A stretch of DNA of 62,139 nt from an uncultured Clostridia bacterium (GCA_934155625.1 CAKPHD010000003.1:1-62139); one strand, 5' to 3'; counted from the stretch's first letter, positions 37,572 to 49,302 are shown. Translations and numbers: made by a program. The notes: generated by a model not told the origin, from the letters alone.

Positions 37572-38897
37572 TTATGCTGTTTCTTTTTGTTCAACAGTAA
37601 TTCTTTCACTTCTAACCTTTTTAACTTTATTAGGATTTTCTATAATTCTTGGTTCTTGATTATCTAAAACAGTTTCTTTTGTAACAATACACTGTTCAAT
37701 TTTTTCATTAGAAGGAATATCAAACATAATATCTCTCATAATTTCTTCAATTATAGAACGTAATCCTCTAGCACCAGTTTTTCTTTCAATTGCTTTATCT
37801 ACAATGGCTTCTAGTGCTTCATGTTCAAATATTAATTCTACATCATCCATTTGCAATAATTTTTTGTATTGTTTTACTAATGCATTTTTTGGTTCTGTAG
37901 TAATTTTAATTAAAGCTTCTCTATCTAGCTCTTTTAATGTAGCTATTATTGGCAATCTTCCTATAAATTCTGGAATCATACCAAATTTTAATAAATCTTG
38001 TGGTAATATTTGTTCAAACACTTTATATCTATCTATATCCTTTTTGCTTTCAATATCAGCTCCAAATCCCATTGATTTCTTACCAATTCTGTCTTTGATA
38101 ATATTTTCAAGACCTTCGAAAGCGCCACCACAGATAAATAATATATTTGATGTATTTATTTGTAATAATTCTTGTTGAGGATGTTTTCTTCCTCCTTGTG
38201 GTGGAACAGATGCAACTGTACCTTCTACAATTTTCAACAATGCTTGTTGTACCCCTTCTCCACTGACATCTCTTGTTATAGATGGATTTTCAGATTTTCT
38301 TGTTATTTTGTCAATTTCATCTATATAGATTATTCCTTTTTCTGCTTTTTCTATATCACCATCAGCAGCTTGAATTAATTTTAAAAGTATGTTTTCAACA
38401 TCTTCTCCAACATATCCTGCTTCTGTAAGTGTTGTAGCATCAGCAATAGCAAATGGAACATTTAATATTTTTGCAAGAGTACTTGCTAACAATGTCTTTC
38501 CACAACCAGTTGGTCCTAGCAACAAAATATTACTTTTTTGTATTTCTACATCATCATCATTTTTTTCATGTTTAGCCATCATTTCTTCTTCATTTGCTAT
38601 TCTTTTATAGTGGTTGTATACAGCAACTGACAATGTTTTCTTAGCCTCATCTTGGCCAATTACATATTGATCTAATATTCCTTTTATTTCTCTAGGACTT
38701 GGTATTTTATCTAATCCTGCTAAAGTGTAAGCATCATCATCTTCATCATAAAATTCACTTTCGATTATTTCATTGCATAGTCCGATACATTCATTACAAA
38801 TGTATACTCCAGGACCTGCAACAATTTTCTTTACACTCTCTTGTGTTTTACCACAAAATGAACATTTTACACCTTTAGGTGTATCATTTTTTGCCAT
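37572..38897 (-). CDS. clpX: ATP-dependent Clp protease ATP-binding subunit ClpX
   Basis: 441 aa. N-terminal C4 zinc finger CSFCGK...[38 protein letters not shown] (RKH loop) and the MGFG ClpP-docking loop. Confidence 0.96.
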   Translation of the reverse strand: MAKNDTPKGVKCSFCGKTQESVKKIVAGPGVYICNECIGLCNEIIESEFYDEDDDAYTLAGLDKIPSPREIKGILDQYVIGQDEAKKTLSVAVYNHYKRIANEEEMMAKHEKNDDDVEIQKSNILLLGPTGCGKTLLASTLAKILNVPFAIADATTLTEAGYVGEDVENILLKLIQAADGDIEKAEKGIIYIDEIDKITRKSENPSITRDVSGEGVQQALLKIVEGTVASVPPQGGRKHPQQELLQINTSNILFICGGAFEGLENIIKDRIGKKSMGFGADIESKKDIDRYKVFEQILPQDLLKFGMIPEFIGRLPIIATLKELDREALIKITTEPKNALVKQYKKLLQMDDVELIFEHEALEAIVDKAIERKTGARGLRSIIEEIMRDIMFDIPSNEKIEQCIVTKETVLDNQEPRIIENPNKVKKVRSERITVEQKETA

Positions 38898-38973
38898 CTA
38901 TATTTCTCCTTTTCTTATTTTATCAAATTCTAATAACTTTATTAATGTACATTAAATGTAATTATTATTAGAA

Positions 38974-39585
38974 TTAAATTCTTTTGTCCATAATTCCATC
39001 AATAAGACCATATTCTAAAGCTTCTTGAGCTGTCATATAGTGGTCTCTTTCAGTATCTCTCTCAATTGTCTCTATAGATTGACCTGTTTTTTCACTTAAT
39101 AATTTATTTAATTTTTCTCTTGTTCTTATCATATGGTCTGCATGAATTTTAATTTCTGTAGCTTGACCAGAAATTCCTCCACCTTGACCACCAATTAATG
39201 GTTGATGTATTAATATCTCTGAATTTGGTGTAGCATATCTTTTTCCTTTTTCACCATTAGCTAGTAAAACAGCTCCAAAGCTTGCTGCTAAACCAACACA
39301 TATTGTTGAAACAGGACATTTGATATAATTCATTGTATCAACAATTCCCATTCCATCTGTAATAGATCCACCAGGTGAATTAATATATAAAAATATTTCT
39401 TTATCTGGATCTTCTGACTCTAAGAATAATAATTGTGCAATTATTAAACTTGCAGATGTTGGATTTACATCTTCTCCTAAAAATATTATTCTATCTTTTA
39501 ATAATCTTGAGAAAATATCATAAGATCTTTCTCCTTTGCTTGTTTGTTCAATTACATATGGTACTAAACTATCTTTTTCTATCAT
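38974..39585 (-). CDS. clpP: ATP-dependent Clp protease proteolytic subunit ClpP
   Basis: About 203 aa from the ATG at 39585 (AGAGGAGGA RBS). [30 protein letters not shown], and the catalytic Ser context GLAASFGA. Confidence 0.95.
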   Translation of the reverse strand: MIEKDSLVPYVIEQTSKGERSYDIFSRLLKDRIIFLGEDVNPTSASLIIAQLLFLESEDPDKEIFLYINSPGGSITDGMGIVDTMNYIKCPVSTICVGLAASFGAVLLANGEKGKRYATPNSEILIHQPLIGGQGGGISGQATEIKIHADHMIRTREKLNKLLSEKTGQSIETIERDTERDHYMTAQEALEYGLIDGIMDKRI

Positions 39586-39607
39586 ACTTTTCCTCCTCTT
39601 TATAGAT

Positions 39608-39678
39608 TGCACCGATGGGACCGGTTCTTATCGGTGCAATTTTTCTCTGCACCGATGAGAACCGGTCCCATCGGTGCA
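39608..39678. repeat. REP-like doublet (cores in inverted orientation, identical palindromic arms) between tig and clpP
   Basis: TGCACCGATGGGACCGGTTCTTATCGGTGCA (39608-39638) and TGCACCGATGAGAACCGGTCCCATCGGTGCA (39648-39678). Confidence 0.9.
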
Positions 39679-39740
39679 ATCATTTTCAAAAATAAAAGGG
39701 CGCAAATTATTAAATCACCAATTTGCCCCTTTTTTAGCTA

Positions 39741-41069
39741 TTATTTTTTGCTAGCTGTTGTTTTTTTTGTTTCTTTTTTCTTGTCTGTGAATTTTGCATT
39801 TGCTACTATGAATTCTAATGCTTTTTCTGATTTTATTCCGTCTTCTAAGTAGTTCTTTAAGTTTTCATTTTTGCTTAATTCTTCTACATCTTTTCCATAG
39901 CTTTTAGCCATTTCTTCCATTTTTGCTTTTACTTCTTCTTCACTTGCTTCGATTTTTTCTGCTTTTATTACAGCTTCTAATACAAGTCTTGATTTTATTG
40001 CTTCTATAGCTTGTGGCTCATATTCTTTTCTTACTTCTTCTTCAGTCTTTCCTAACATTTTTAGGTATTGTTCTAGATTTAGTCCTTGATATGCAAGTCT
40101 TTGTTCAAAGTCTTTTAACATATTGTCTATTTCTAGTTCAATCATTCCTGATGGAACGTCTAATTTTGAATCTTCACATACAGCTTTGATTGCTGCATCT
40201 TCTGTTTCATATTTTGCTTTTTGTTCATTATTTTTTGTTAGTTTTTCTTTGATACTTTTCTTTAATTCATCTAATGTATCAAATTCACTAACGTCTTTGG
40301 CAAATTCGTCATCTAATTCTGGTAATTCTTTTTTCTTTATTTCATGTAATTTTACTTTGAATGTAGCATCTTTTCCTGCTAAGTCTTTTGAGAAGTATTC
40401 TTTTGGGAATGTTACTTTTATTTCTTTTTCTCCATCAATTTCCATTCCTACTAATTGTTCTTCAAATCCTGGGATAAATGCTCCACTTCCTATTTCTAAT
40501 TCATGACCTTCTGCTTTTCCACCATCAAATGCAACTCCGTCAACAAATCCTTCGAAATCAATTGTTGCTGTATCTCCATTTTCTAATGGTCTGTCATCAA
40601 CTGTTATTAATCTTGAATTGTGTTCTTGCATATGTCCTAATTCATGATCTACAGCTTTTTTGTCTACTTTGTATTCTATTTTTTCGATTTCTACTCCTTT
40701 ATATTTTCCAAGTTTTACTTCTGGTTTTGTTTGTACTACTGCAGAGAATATTAAGTCTTTTCCTTTTTCCATTTGAGCTATATCTACTTCTGGTCTGCTT
40801 ACTGCTTCTATTTTGTTTTCTTTTATAGCTTCTTCATAGGCTTCAGTTGCAACTTCGTTGAATGCATCTTCATAGAATATTTGCTCTCCATAATATTTTT
40901 CTACTATATTCATTGGTGCTTTTCCTTTTCTGAAACCTGGTATGTTAAAGTATTTGGCATTTTGAAAATATACTTTTTTCATAGCATTTTCAAATTTTTC
41001 TGCTTCTACTGTAATTTCTAATTTTACTTCATTTGCGTTTTTTGTTTTTTCAACTTTACAATTCATCAT
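39741..41069 (-). CDS. tig: trigger factor
   Basis: 442 aa. N-terminal ribosome-binding GFRKGKAP motif, central FKBP-type PPIase (FIPGFEEQLVGM) and an acidic/Lys-rich C-terminal arm domain. Confidence 0.95.
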   Translation of the reverse strand: MMNCKVEKTKNANEVKLEITVEAEKFENAMKKVYFQNAKYFNIPGFRKGKAPMNIVEKYYGEQIFYEDAFNEVATEAYEEAIKENKIEAVSRPEVDIAQMEKGKDLIFSAVVQTKPEVKLGKYKGVEIEKIEYKVDKKAVDHELGHMQEHNSRLITVDDRPLENGDTATIDFEGFVDGVAFDGGKAEGHELEIGSGAFIPGFEEQLVGMEIDGEKEIKVTFPKEYFSKDLAGKDATFKVKLHEIKKKELPELDDEFAKDVSEFDTLDELKKSIKEKLTKNNEQKAKYETEDAAIKAVCEDSKLDVPSGMIELEIDNMLKDFEQRLAYQGLNLEQYLKMLGKTEEEVRKEYEPQAIEAIKSRLVLEAVIKAEKIEASEEEVKAKMEEMAKSYGKDVEELSKNENLKNYLEDGIKSEKALEFIVANAKFTDKKKETKKTTASKK

Positions 41070-41135
41070 AATCTTCCTTTCTTGTCTTCTTATAGCTTTT
41101 ATATTATATCACATATTTTCTATTTTGCAATACTT

Positions 41136-42038
41136 TTACTTTATAATACTATAGAAATTTTCAAATTCAAATCCTTTATCTCTAAAATATTTAATAATTG
41201 TTGGTAATGCTTTTGCTGTTGCTTGTTTATTTCCTGCATCATGCATTAATACAACTACACTATTATGTTTTGGAACTGTTTTTTCTAATTCTGCTATAAA
41301 CTGTTCCGTTGTTTTTGCTCCTGCTGCATCTGATGTTAATGCATTCCAATCAATATGCAAAATATCATTTTCGTCTAATAATTGTTTTGCTTGTTTTTTT
41401 ACTTCTGCATATTTTCCACCCCAATATCCTCCTGGATATCTAAATAGATGCGGATTATATTCTTGCTCTCCTATTGCATTTCTGATGGAAGTAACACTTC
41501 TGTTATATTCATCTATTACACTTTGTGGAGATGCATATATTTGTGAATATACATGAGAATATCCATGACTAGCCAAATAATGTCCTTCATTGTATTCACG
41601 TTTTACAAGTTCTGGATTAAGCTCAACTCTGCTTCCTAACAAAAAGAAGGTTGCTTTTATATTTTCTTTTTTTAATGTGTCCAAAACTACTGGTGTTACA
41701 GTCTCTGATGGACCATCATCAAATGTTAAAAATACTCGTTTTGTATCTGAATGATATATATTTTCTAAGTTGCTTTTTCCTTCTTCTGTTAGTTGTGGCA
41801 ACTTGGCTTTTTTTTCTGCTTCCTTTTGTTCTTGTGTTTTGTGCTCTTCTCCTTCTTGTTGACCCCCTTGAAGTTGTTTTATTTGGTTTTCATATGATGT
41901 ATATACCTTTTGATATTTTGATTTTTTATTTAATTCTTTTATTACTAATCCAAATATAATCACTAATACTAGTATACATATTGCTATTATTATATTTCTT
42001 ATATTTCTATATTTTCTTCTAATTGATATCAAATCCAT
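41136..42038 (-). CDS. polysaccharide deacetylase family protein (NodB domain, membrane-anchored)
   Basis: 300 aa. N-terminal TM, then VFLTFDDGP and HGYSH NodB motifs. Confidence 0.85.
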   Translation of the reverse strand: MDLISIRRKYRNIRNIIIAICILVLVIIFGLVIKELNKKSKYQKVYTSYENQIKQLQGGQQEGEEHKTQEQKEAEKKAKLPQLTEEGKSNLENIYHSDTKRVFLTFDDGPSETVTPVVLDTLKKENIKATFFLLGSRVELNPELVKREYNEGHYLASHGYSHVYSQIYASPQSVIDEYNRSVTSIRNAIGEQEYNPHLFRYPGGYWGGKYAEVKKQAKQLLDENDILHIDWNALTSDAAGAKTTEQFIAELEKTVPKHNSVVVLMHDAGNKQATAKALPTIIKYFRDKGFEFENFYSIIK

Positions 42039-42060
42039 TTTTCCACCTTTTATCTAATAA

Positions 42061-43617
42061 TTAGCTTCTTAAATATTCTAATTCCTCTTCAATATCTTTT
42101 CTCATAAATAGTGGTTCACCTTTTTCAATCACTTTGATGCCTTTTAATTTATCATATTCATACAAGCTATTCCATGTTTGAAATTCTTTTGTTATTCCAA
42201 TTTGATGTAATAAATTTTTTGCTGTTTCTTCCATAAATGGTAATAGAATTATTCCTATTTTTCTAATATTTTCTATTAGATGATATATACTAGATTCTAG
42301 TTTTTCTGTTTCTTCGTTTTTAGCAAGTTCCCATGGTCTAGTTTCATCTATATATTTATTTGTTCTAGAAATTAATGCCCATAGTTCTTTTAAAGCATCA
42401 GCCATTTCATATTTTTCGATTAATTCTTCTACTTTTTTAATTTGAAAGTTTGTGAATTCTTCAAATTCTTTGTCTACTTCGTTTGGGGTACCATTATATT
42501 CTGGTACTTTTCCATTAAAGTATTTATTTACCATTGATACTGTTCTATTTACTAGGTTTCCTAAATCATTACACAAGTCTGAATTATATCTTTCTACAAA
42601 TCCTTCTGGTGTATATAATCCATCTTGTGATGTTTGCATTTCTCTTAATAAGAAATATCTTGTTGCGTCTAATCCATATCTGCTTATTAATTTTTCTGGA
42701 TATACAACATTTCCTTTTGATTTTGACATTTTTCCGTCTTTCATCATTATCCAATTATGAACCAATATTTTCTTTGGCAATGGTAAATCTAATGCCATTA
42801 AGAATATTGGCCAATATATTAAATGGAATCTTGCTATGTCTTTTCCTATTATTTGTAAATCTGCTGGCCAGTATTTTTTGAATAATTCATCTTCATCTTG
42901 TGTATAACCTAATGCAGTTAAATAATTTGTTAGTGCATCTAACCATACATATATAACATGTTTTGGATCTGATTCTACTTTTATTCCCCAATCAAATGAT
43001 GTTCTCGTTACACACAAGTCTTCAAGTCCTGGTTTTATAAAGTTATTTATCATCTCTGTTTTTCTATATTCTGGTTGGATGAAATCTGGATGTTCATCAT
43101 AATATTCTAGTAATTTGTCTGCATATTTTTTCATATTGAAGAAATATGCTTCTTCTTTCATTAATTTTACTTCTCTACCACAATCAGGACATTTTCCGTC
43201 AACTAATTGTGTTTCTGTAAAATATGTTTCACATGGCATACAATACCAACCTTCATATTCGCCTTTATATATGTCTCCTTTTTGTAAAAAGTATTCAAAG
43301 ATTTTTTGAACAGCTTTTTCATGTCTTGGCTCTGTTGTTCTTATAAAATAGTCATATTTTATATTCATTAATGCCCATAACTCTTTTGCCATTTTTGCCA
43401 TTTCGTCAACATGCTCTTGTGGTGTTTTTCCATGTTCTTTTGCTACTGTTTCTATTTTTTGCCCATGTTCGTCTGTTCCTGTTAACATGAATACATCATA
43501 CCCTCTTAATTGTTTACATCTTTTTACTGTGTCAGCTAATACTGTCGTATATGCTGTTCCTATATGAAATTTTCCACTTGGGTAATATATTGGTGTTGTT
43601 ATATAGAATTTTTCCAT
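42061..43617 (-). CDS. metG: methionine--tRNA ligase (short form)
   Basis: 518 aa. HIGH-type FHIGTAYT, KMSKSKGN, zinc knuckle CMPCETYF...CPDCGR. Confidence 0.95.
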   Translation of the reverse strand: MEKFYITTPIYYPSGKFHIGTAYTTVLADTVKRCKQLRGYDVFMLTGTDEHGQKIETVAKEHGKTPQEHVDEMAKMAKELWALMNIKYDYFIRTTEPRHEKAVQKIFEYFLQKGDIYKGEYEGWYCMPCETYFTETQLVDGKCPDCGREVKLMKEEAYFFNMKKYADKLLEYYDEHPDFIQPEYRKTEMINNFIKPGLEDLCVTRTSFDWGIKVESDPKHVIYVWLDALTNYLTALGYTQDEDELFKKYWPADLQIIGKDIARFHLIYWPIFLMALDLPLPKKILVHNWIMMKDGKMSKSKGNVVYPEKLISRYGLDATRYFLLREMQTSQDGLYTPEGFVERYNSDLCNDLGNLVNRTVSMVNKYFNGKVPEYNGTPNEVDKEFEEFTNFQIKKVEELIEKYEMADALKELWALISRTNKYIDETRPWELAKNEETEKLESSIYHLIENIRKIGIILLPFMEETAKNLLHQIGITKEFQTWNSLYEYDKLKGIKVIEKGEPLFMRKDIEEELEYLRS

Positions 43618-43723
43618 TCTTTCATCCTCCTTTACTAGTTCGAATTATAATAGCCATCTTGCGTCGTTATAATTTATTAAAAACTATTTTAATTCAAACA
43701 GTTAGTTTATTCTTAATTTTAAT

Positions 43724-43908
43724 TGAATGCCTTAAAATATAATCTTTAAATGTAATGACGAATGTGATTGAAGAAACTTTAGAAATTCTATGCAATTTTA
43801 TGGAAAGAGTTCGCGATAGTGGAAGGGTGCCATAAAATAAATTAGAAGTTCTTAAGTTTCGTAATGAGCCGAGGAATGTAATGCAAAGATTATATTTCAA
43901 GGCATTCT
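43724..43908 (-). repeat. long-hairpin structured repeat element, copy 2 (between truB and metG)
   Basis: Outer arms GAATGCCTTAAAATATAATCTTT.. / ..AAAGATTATATTTCAAGGCATTC. Inner helices are 43783-43800/43843-43860 and TTTTATGG/CCATAAAA. The conserved internal-loop strings ACGAATGTGA and GTAATGAGCCGAG are shared with copy 1. Confidence 0.8.
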
Positions 43909-43914
43909 TTTAAT

Positions 43915-44763
43915 TTATATTATTATATCTCTTTTAAGCAAATTATTTTTAACAGTCCCAATTCCAATAAAATGTTCATTACTGTAGATTCTATAAACTC
44001 CATCCGGTAATGGCCAAGTCAATTGTACACCATTTAAAAATAATTGCAACTTTTTTTCATTTAAATTAATATTTTTATTTTGTCTAAAATACTCTTCAAT
44101 TGTAATGCAAGTTTGTTTTTGTTCTAATTCCTCTATCGCAATTGCATCTTCTATTTTGAACTCACCCACTTGAGTTCTTTTTAGTTCTTTCATATATCCT
44201 ACTGTACCAAGCTTTTCAGCTATATCTTCACATAATTTTCTTATATATGTTCCTTTAGAGCATGATACTCTAAATTCAATTTGCTTGTCGGCTTCATTAA
44301 TACTTATCAGTTCTAAACTGTAAATTTCTATTTTTCTAGGCTCAATTTCAACTTTCTCACCTTTTCTAGCATATTCATACAATTTTTTTCCATTTATTTT
44401 TATTGCAGAATACATTGGCGGAACTTGTTCTTGTTTTCCTTCTAATGCTTTAAAGATTTGTTCTACATATGTTGCTTCAAAACATTCTAAAAATACTGGT
44501 TTCGTCTCTATTACTTCACCTTCTACATCTGCAGTGTCTGTCTTTTCTCCTAGTTGCAAAACTGCTTCATATGTTTTGTCATGATTAATTATGTATTTTG
44601 AAATTTGAGTTCCTTTCCCAATAAGTAATGGTAACACACCTGTTGCATTAGGATCTAATGTACCTGTATGTCCAACTTTTTCATTCAATATTTTCTTTGC
44701 TTTTCTTACTATATCATGTGATGTACAATTTTTAGGCTTATTTATTATTATTATTCCATCCAT
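43915..44763 (-). CDS. truB: tRNA pseudouridine(55) synthase
   Basis: 282 aa. GHTGTLDPNATGVLPLLIG catalytic-Asp motif. Confidence 0.93.
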   Translation of the reverse strand: MDGIIIINKPKNCTSHDIVRKAKKILNEKVGHTGTLDPNATGVLPLLIGKGTQISKYIINHDKTYEAVLQLGEKTDTADVEGEVIETKPVFLECFEATYVEQIFKALEGKQEQVPPMYSAIKINGKKLYEYARKGEKVEIEPRKIEIYSLELISINEADKQIEFRVSCSKGTYIRKLCEDIAEKLGTVGYMKELKRTQVGEFKIEDAIAIEELEQKQTCITIEEYFRQNKNINLNEKKLQLFLNGVQLTWPLPDGVYRIYSNEHFIGIGTVKNNLLKRDIII

Positions 44764-44764
44764 T

Positions 44765-45724
44765 TTATTTTTTTAATCCTTGTTTTACTGCATTTATAAT
44801 TTTAGTTTTTGCTTGTTCAAGAGTTCCACTTACAAAACATCCTGCAGCTCCTCTGTGGCCTCCACCACCAAGTAACATACAAATGTCTGATACATTGATT
44901 ACTTCATGTGAACGTAATGACGCTTTATAGCCGTTTGCACCTTCTTTTTCTTTTAGCAATACCGCAACTTCTACATCTTCAATATCACGAATCATTTCTA
45001 CTAAGCCTTCGTCATCTCCCATTTCTGCATGAGAATTTTCATAATCTTCTAAATTAATATATGCTATAGCAATTTTTCCATCTTCTAAAAATTCTAGTCT
45101 ATTATAAATCAATTTTTCTAATTCACAATGAGCTTTGCTTTTCTTTCTTAATGCGATTCTGCAAATATCTTTAAGTTTAGCACCTTTTCTTACTAAATCT
45201 GCTGCAAATTCAAATGTTTCTGGACTTACTCCACCCCATTGGAATCCACCAGTATCTGTTATTATACCTGTCAAAATACATGTTGCTAAATCTTTATTTA
45301 TATCAATATTGTAATATTCAAACATTGCTGCAAGTACTTGGCAACAAGCTGGTGCTACTGGATCTACATAATTGTAATCTGCAAACATCGCATTTACTGA
45401 ATGATGGTCTATTTGGATTGTTGTTTTTGCTGGTTCAAAATATTCATTACCACATGCAAGTCTTTTTAAGTCTGTACAATCAACTGATATTGCTAAATCA
45501 TATGGTTCTTCTTGACCTTTTTCTAATATTTTTTCTGCACCTGGCAAAAATTTAAAATCTCTTGAATATTCAGGAATTACAACATCAGCCTTTTTCCCTA
45601 ATTGCTCAACTGCATGCATCACTGATAGAGAGCTAGCAACAGCATCTCCATCAGGTGACTCATGTGATAATATTACAATTGTTTCTGCCTTTTTTATTTC
45701 TTCTAATATATCATCTAATGTCAT
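44765..45724 (-). CDS. nrnA: DHH/DHHA1 family phosphoesterase (NrnA-type oligoribonuclease/pAp phosphatase)
   Basis: 319 aa. SHESPDGDAV, IQIDHHS and GGGGHRGAAG motifs. Confidence 0.85.
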   Translation of the reverse strand: MTLDDILEEIKKAETIVILSHESPDGDAVASSLSVMHAVEQLGKKADVVIPEYSRDFKFLPGAEKILEKGQEEPYDLAISVDCTDLKRLACGNEYFEPAKTTIQIDHHSVNAMFADYNYVDPVAPACCQVLAAMFEYYNIDINKDLATCILTGIITDTGGFQWGGVSPETFEFAADLVRKGAKLKDICRIALRKKSKAHCELEKLIYNRLEFLEDGKIAIAYINLEDYENSHAEMGDDEGLVEMIRDIEDVEVAVLLKEKEGANGYKASLRSHEVINVSDICMLLGGGGHRGAAGCFVSGTLEQAKTKIINAVKQGLKK

Positions 45725-46098
45725 TATTTATTATTTCCTCCGTTATCTTTGTTTTTCATTATATCATTTAATATGCTATCTATTCTAGCTCCATACTCTA
45801 AAGATTCATCTAATTCAAACACTAACTCTGGAGTATTTCTTAAATTAATTCTTTTAGCCAATTCTGAACGTAAATATCCAGAAGATTTTTTCAATCCTGC
45901 TAAAGTTTCTTTTACATTTTTCGAGTTCAAAATGCTAACAGATACTTTTGCATATTTTAAGTCCGGCGTAACTTTAACTTTAGTAACACTAATCATTCCT
46001 GTTACACTAGGTTCTTTTAAATCATAACTAATTATTTGACTAAGTTCTTTTCTAAATTCTTCATCAATTCTTCCTTGACGGTTATTGTTTTTAGGCAT
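45724..46098 (-). CDS. rbfA: ribosome-binding factor A
   Basis: 124 aa. R...E.....IS..L.D......ISVT.V.V..DL..A.V pattern. Operon position after infB. Confidence 0.9.
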   Translation of the reverse strand: MPKNNNRQGRIDEEFRKELSQIISYDLKEPSVTGMISVTKVKVTPDLKYAKVSVSILNSKNVKETLAGLKKSSGYLRSELAKRINLRNTPELVFELDESLEYGARIDSILNDIMKNKDNGGNNK

Positions 46099-46115
46099 TT
46101 TTCTCTACCTCCTGT

Positions 46116-49037
46116 CTATCTTTTAATTTCTTCCATAATGTATGCTTCAATAATATCTCCTTCTTTGATATCATTGTATTTTTCAATTTGGATACCACAT
46201 TCATATCCCTTTGAAACTTCTTTAGCATCATCTTTAAATCTCTTTAATGATGCTAGTTTACCATCATGTATAACTACATTATCACGTAATACTCTTACTC
46301 CTGCATTTCTTTCTAGTTTTCCATCTAATACATATGCACCAGCAATTGTACCAACATTTGATATTTTAAATGTTTGTCTAACTTCTGCATTTCCTATTAT
46401 GTGTTCTTCATATTTTGGTGCTAACATACCTTTCATTGCAGATTCTACATCATCTATTGCTTGGTATATTACAGAATATTGTTTTATTTCTACCTCTTCT
46501 TTTTCTGCCATATCTTTTGCAGTTGGCATTGGTCTAACATTAAATGCTATGATTATTGCATTTGATACTTTTGCAAGTGTTACATCTGATTCTGTAACAG
46601 CTCCTGCTGCAGCATGAATAACTTTTACCTTTACTTCTTCATTTGACAATTTTTCCATTGATTGTTTGATTGCTTCTACAGAACCTTGAACATCTGCTTT
46701 TACTATTAAATTAAGCACTTTCAAGTCTCCTGCTTCCATTTGACTGAATAAATTGTCTAATGTTACTTTGTTCATTGCATTTATTGTTTTTTCTCTTTCT
46801 TGACGTTTTCTCTTTTCAATTAAGTGTTTAGCAGTTTTTTCATCTTTTACTTCATAGAAAATATCTCCAGCTTGTGGAACTTCTGTTAATCCCATTATTT
46901 CTACTGGTGTTGATGGTCCGGCTTTTTTTACTTTTTTGCCTTTCTCATCTGTCATACTTCTAATTCTACCAATTGATGAACCTACAACTATTGTATCTCC
47001 AACATCAAGTGTTCCCCTTTGTACAAGCATTGATGCAATTGCTCCTCTGTTTTTATCAAGTCTTGCTTCTATTACTACACCTTTTGCTTGTTTATTTGGA
47101 TTTGCTTTTAATTCTAACATATCAGCTTCTAATAATACCATTTCTAGCAATTGATCTATATTTTGATGTTTTTTAGCAGAGATTGGTACAAATATTGTAT
47201 CTCCTCCCCATTCTTCTGGTACTAATTCATAAGCCATTAGTTCTTGTTTTACTTTTTCTATATTGGCGTCAGGTAAATCCATTTTGTTTATTGCAACAAT
47301 TATTGGAATTCCTGCTGATTTTGCATGGTTTATAGCTTCTACTGTTTGTGGCATTACACCATCATTTGCTGCAACTACAAGTATTGCTATATCAGTTATT
47401 TGAGCACCTCTTGCTCTCATTGCTGTAAATGCTTCGTGTCCTGGTGTATCTAAGAATGTAATTTCTCTGTCATTTACTTTTACTTTGTATGCACCTATAT
47501 GTTGTGTAATTCCTCCAGCTTCGCCTTCGATTACATTTGTTTTCTTAACAGCATCTAATAAAGAAGTTTTTCCATGATCTACGTGTCCCATTACTACTAT
47601 TACTGGTGGACGTGGCATTAAATCTTCTTCTCTATCTTCTGAATCATCAAATAGGATATCTTCTTCTGTTACTGTTTCCTTTTTGTTAACTTTTACTCCA
47701 AATTCGTCAGCTATTAAAGATGCAGTATCAAAATCGATATCATTGTTGATTGTTGCCATTACACCATAACCAAGTAATTTTTTGATAACTTCTGCAGTTG
47801 TTTTCTTTAATTCTGCTGCAAAGTCTTTTACTGTAATTGTTTCTGGAATTGTGATTTCTTCTAATTTGAAGATTTTTTGTTTATTACGATTTTCATCATT
47901 TTTGTTTATTTTCTTTTTACCTTTTTTACCCCTTTGTGTTGTTAAATCATAATAATCTAGCATTCCACCTTCTTGGTCATTAAACATATTTGATAAGCTA
48001 TCTGTTCTCTTTAATCCTTTTAGTTTGTGTTCATTTATTTCACCATTTTGATTGTTTCTTCTTGTTTTATTTTTCTTTCTATTATCATCAAATCTAGTGT
48101 TTTGTTTTTGCTTATCAATTGATTTGTTATATTCTCTTGCTGGTTCTTTTTCTACACTTTCAACAGACATTATATCTTTGATATTTTTTTCAATTCTTTT
48201 TTCATCTAATGGTCTATTTCCATTATTGAATCTTGGATTTCCACCTTGTCTATTTCTGTTATCAAATCTTCCACCATTATTGTTATTATTAGGTCTATTA
48301 TTTCTATCAAATCTTGGTCTATTTCCATTATTTGCATTATTGCCATTATTTGTATAATTTCTGTCAAATCTTGATCTGTTTCCATTTTGTTGATTTCTAT
48401 CATTATTAAATCTGTTATTATTGTTTTTTCTGAAACCATTATTATTTTGCCTATTATTTTGATTATAATTCTTTTCTGGCATTACTTTTTGTTCATTTAC
48501 TTTTTTTACTTCAACATCCATTTTATTTTCTTTTACTTCTACCTTTTCTTCAACTTTTTGAGGTTCTGGTTTTGGTGTTTCTACTTTTGGTGTTACAACA
48601 TTTTCCTCTTTTTTCGCTTCTTTTTTAATTCCAAATAATTCATCTACTGTCATTGGCTTAGTTGGTTTATTTCTGTAAACAATATTGTAATCCTTTTTCT
48701 TTCTTTCTACAAATCCTACATTATTGCTCTTTTTCTCTTCTTTTTTATTCTCTTCTATTGGCTTAATTGGTTCATCATTTATTATAACTTCTCTTCTTAT
48801 TATAACAGGAGAATCATTAGCTGTTTTAGCCTTCTCGTTAGATGTCTTCTTTACTTCTGGCTTGCTCTTAAAATTCTTAGCACTATCTTTTATTCTTTGT
48901 GCCTCAGCCTCATCTACTGCACTTAAATGACTTTTTACATTCAAGTTTAATTTTTTAGCTATCTCTAATACTTCTTTACTGGTTAAGTTTAATTCTTTTG
49001 CTATGTCATACAATTTTATCTTACCCAATAACATCAC
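46116..49037 (-). CDS. infB: translation initiation factor IF-2
   Basis: 973 aa. G-domain [26 protein letters not shown]. Long N-terminal low-complexity Asn/Arg-rich repeat region (GNR[PS]RFDRN-like units). Confidence 0.96.
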   Translation of the reverse strand: MMLLGKIKLYDIAKELNLTSKEVLEIAKKLNLNVKSHLSAVDEAEAQRIKDSAKNFKSKPEVKKTSNEKAKTANDSPVIIRREVIINDEPIKPIEENKKEEKKSNNVGFVERKKKDYNIVYRNKPTKPMTVDELFGIKKEAKKEENVVTPKVETPKPEPQKVEEKVEVKENKMDVEVKKVNEQKVMPEKNYNQNNRQNNNGFRKNNNNRFNNDRNQQNGNRSRFDRNYTNNGNNANNGNRPRFDRNNRPNNNNNGGRFDNRNRQGGNPRFNNGNRPLDEKRIEKNIKDIMSVESVEKEPAREYNKSIDKQKQNTRFDDNRKKNKTRRNNQNGEINEHKLKGLKRTDSLSNMFNDQEGGMLDYYDLTTQRGKKGKKKINKNDENRNKQKIFKLEEITIPETITVKDFAAELKKTTAEVIKKLLGYGVMATINNDIDFDTASLIADEFGVKVNKKETVTEEDILFDDSEDREEDLMPRPPVIVVMGHVDHGKTSLLDAVKKTNVIEGEAGGITQHIGAYKVKVNDREITFLDTPGHEAFTAMRARGAQITDIAILVVAANDGVMPQTVEAINHAKSAGIPIIVAINKMDLPDANIEKVKQELMAYELVPEEWGGDTIFVPISAKKHQNIDQLLEMVLLEADMLELKANPNKQAKGVVIEARLDKNRGAIASMLVQRGTLDVGDTIVVGSSIGRIRSMTDEKGKKVKKAGPSTPVEIMGLTEVPQAGDIFYEVKDEKTAKHLIEKRKRQEREKTINAMNKVTLDNLFSQMEAGDLKVLNLIVKADVQGSVEAIKQSMEKLSNEEVKVKVIHAAAGAVTESDVTLAKVSNAIIIAFNVRPMPTAKDMAEKEEVEIKQYSVIYQAIDDVESAMKGMLAPKYEEHIIGNAEVRQTFKISNVGTIAGAYVLDGKLERNAGVRVLRDNVVIHDGKLASLKRFKDDAKEVSKGYECGIQIEKYNDIKEGDIIEAYIMEEIKR

Positions 49038-49302
49038 CCCCTACTTTGCTTTCTATTATATTTTTGATTTCATCATATATCTCATCATCTATTTTTATAT
49101 CTAATGCTTTTTCAAGTTTTTTTGTTTTTTTAGCTTTTTCAAAGCATTCCATATTTAAACAAATATAAGCTCCACGTCCTGGCTCTTTTCCTTTTTCATC
49201 TACTTTAATGATATTCTCTTTATTTTTTACTATTCTTAATAATTCGTTTTTATTTTTTTGTGTTCTACACACTGTGCATGTTCTTTGTGGTATATTTTTC
49301 AA
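49021..49302 (-). CDS. ylxR: YlxR/RnpM family (DUF448) RNA-binding protein
   Basis: 93 aa. PQRTCTVCR...K.ELLRIV...GRGAYIC motif. Overlaps the infB start by 17 nt. Confidence 0.88.
   Translation of the reverse strand: MKNIPQRTCTVCRTQKNKNELLRIVKNKENIIKVDEKGKEPGRGAYICLNMECFEKAKKTKKLEKALDIKIDDEIYDEIKNIIESKVGGDVIG

Noticed and set aside
43618-43723. T-box leader expected upstream of metG
   Set aside because: No specifier-loop/AGAGA/GNUGG features and no T-box sequence (AAnnnGGGTGGTACCGCG-like) appear on the minus strand. The nearby GTGGAAGGGTGCCA string lies on the wrong strand and inside the repeated hairpin element, which also occurs upstream of a non-aaRS gene.
48200-48440. DNA-level tandem repeat or satellite within infB
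   Set aside because: The periodicity is at the protein level (degenerate N/R-rich units) inside an intact reading frame. It is low-complexity coding sequence rather than a non-coding repeat.
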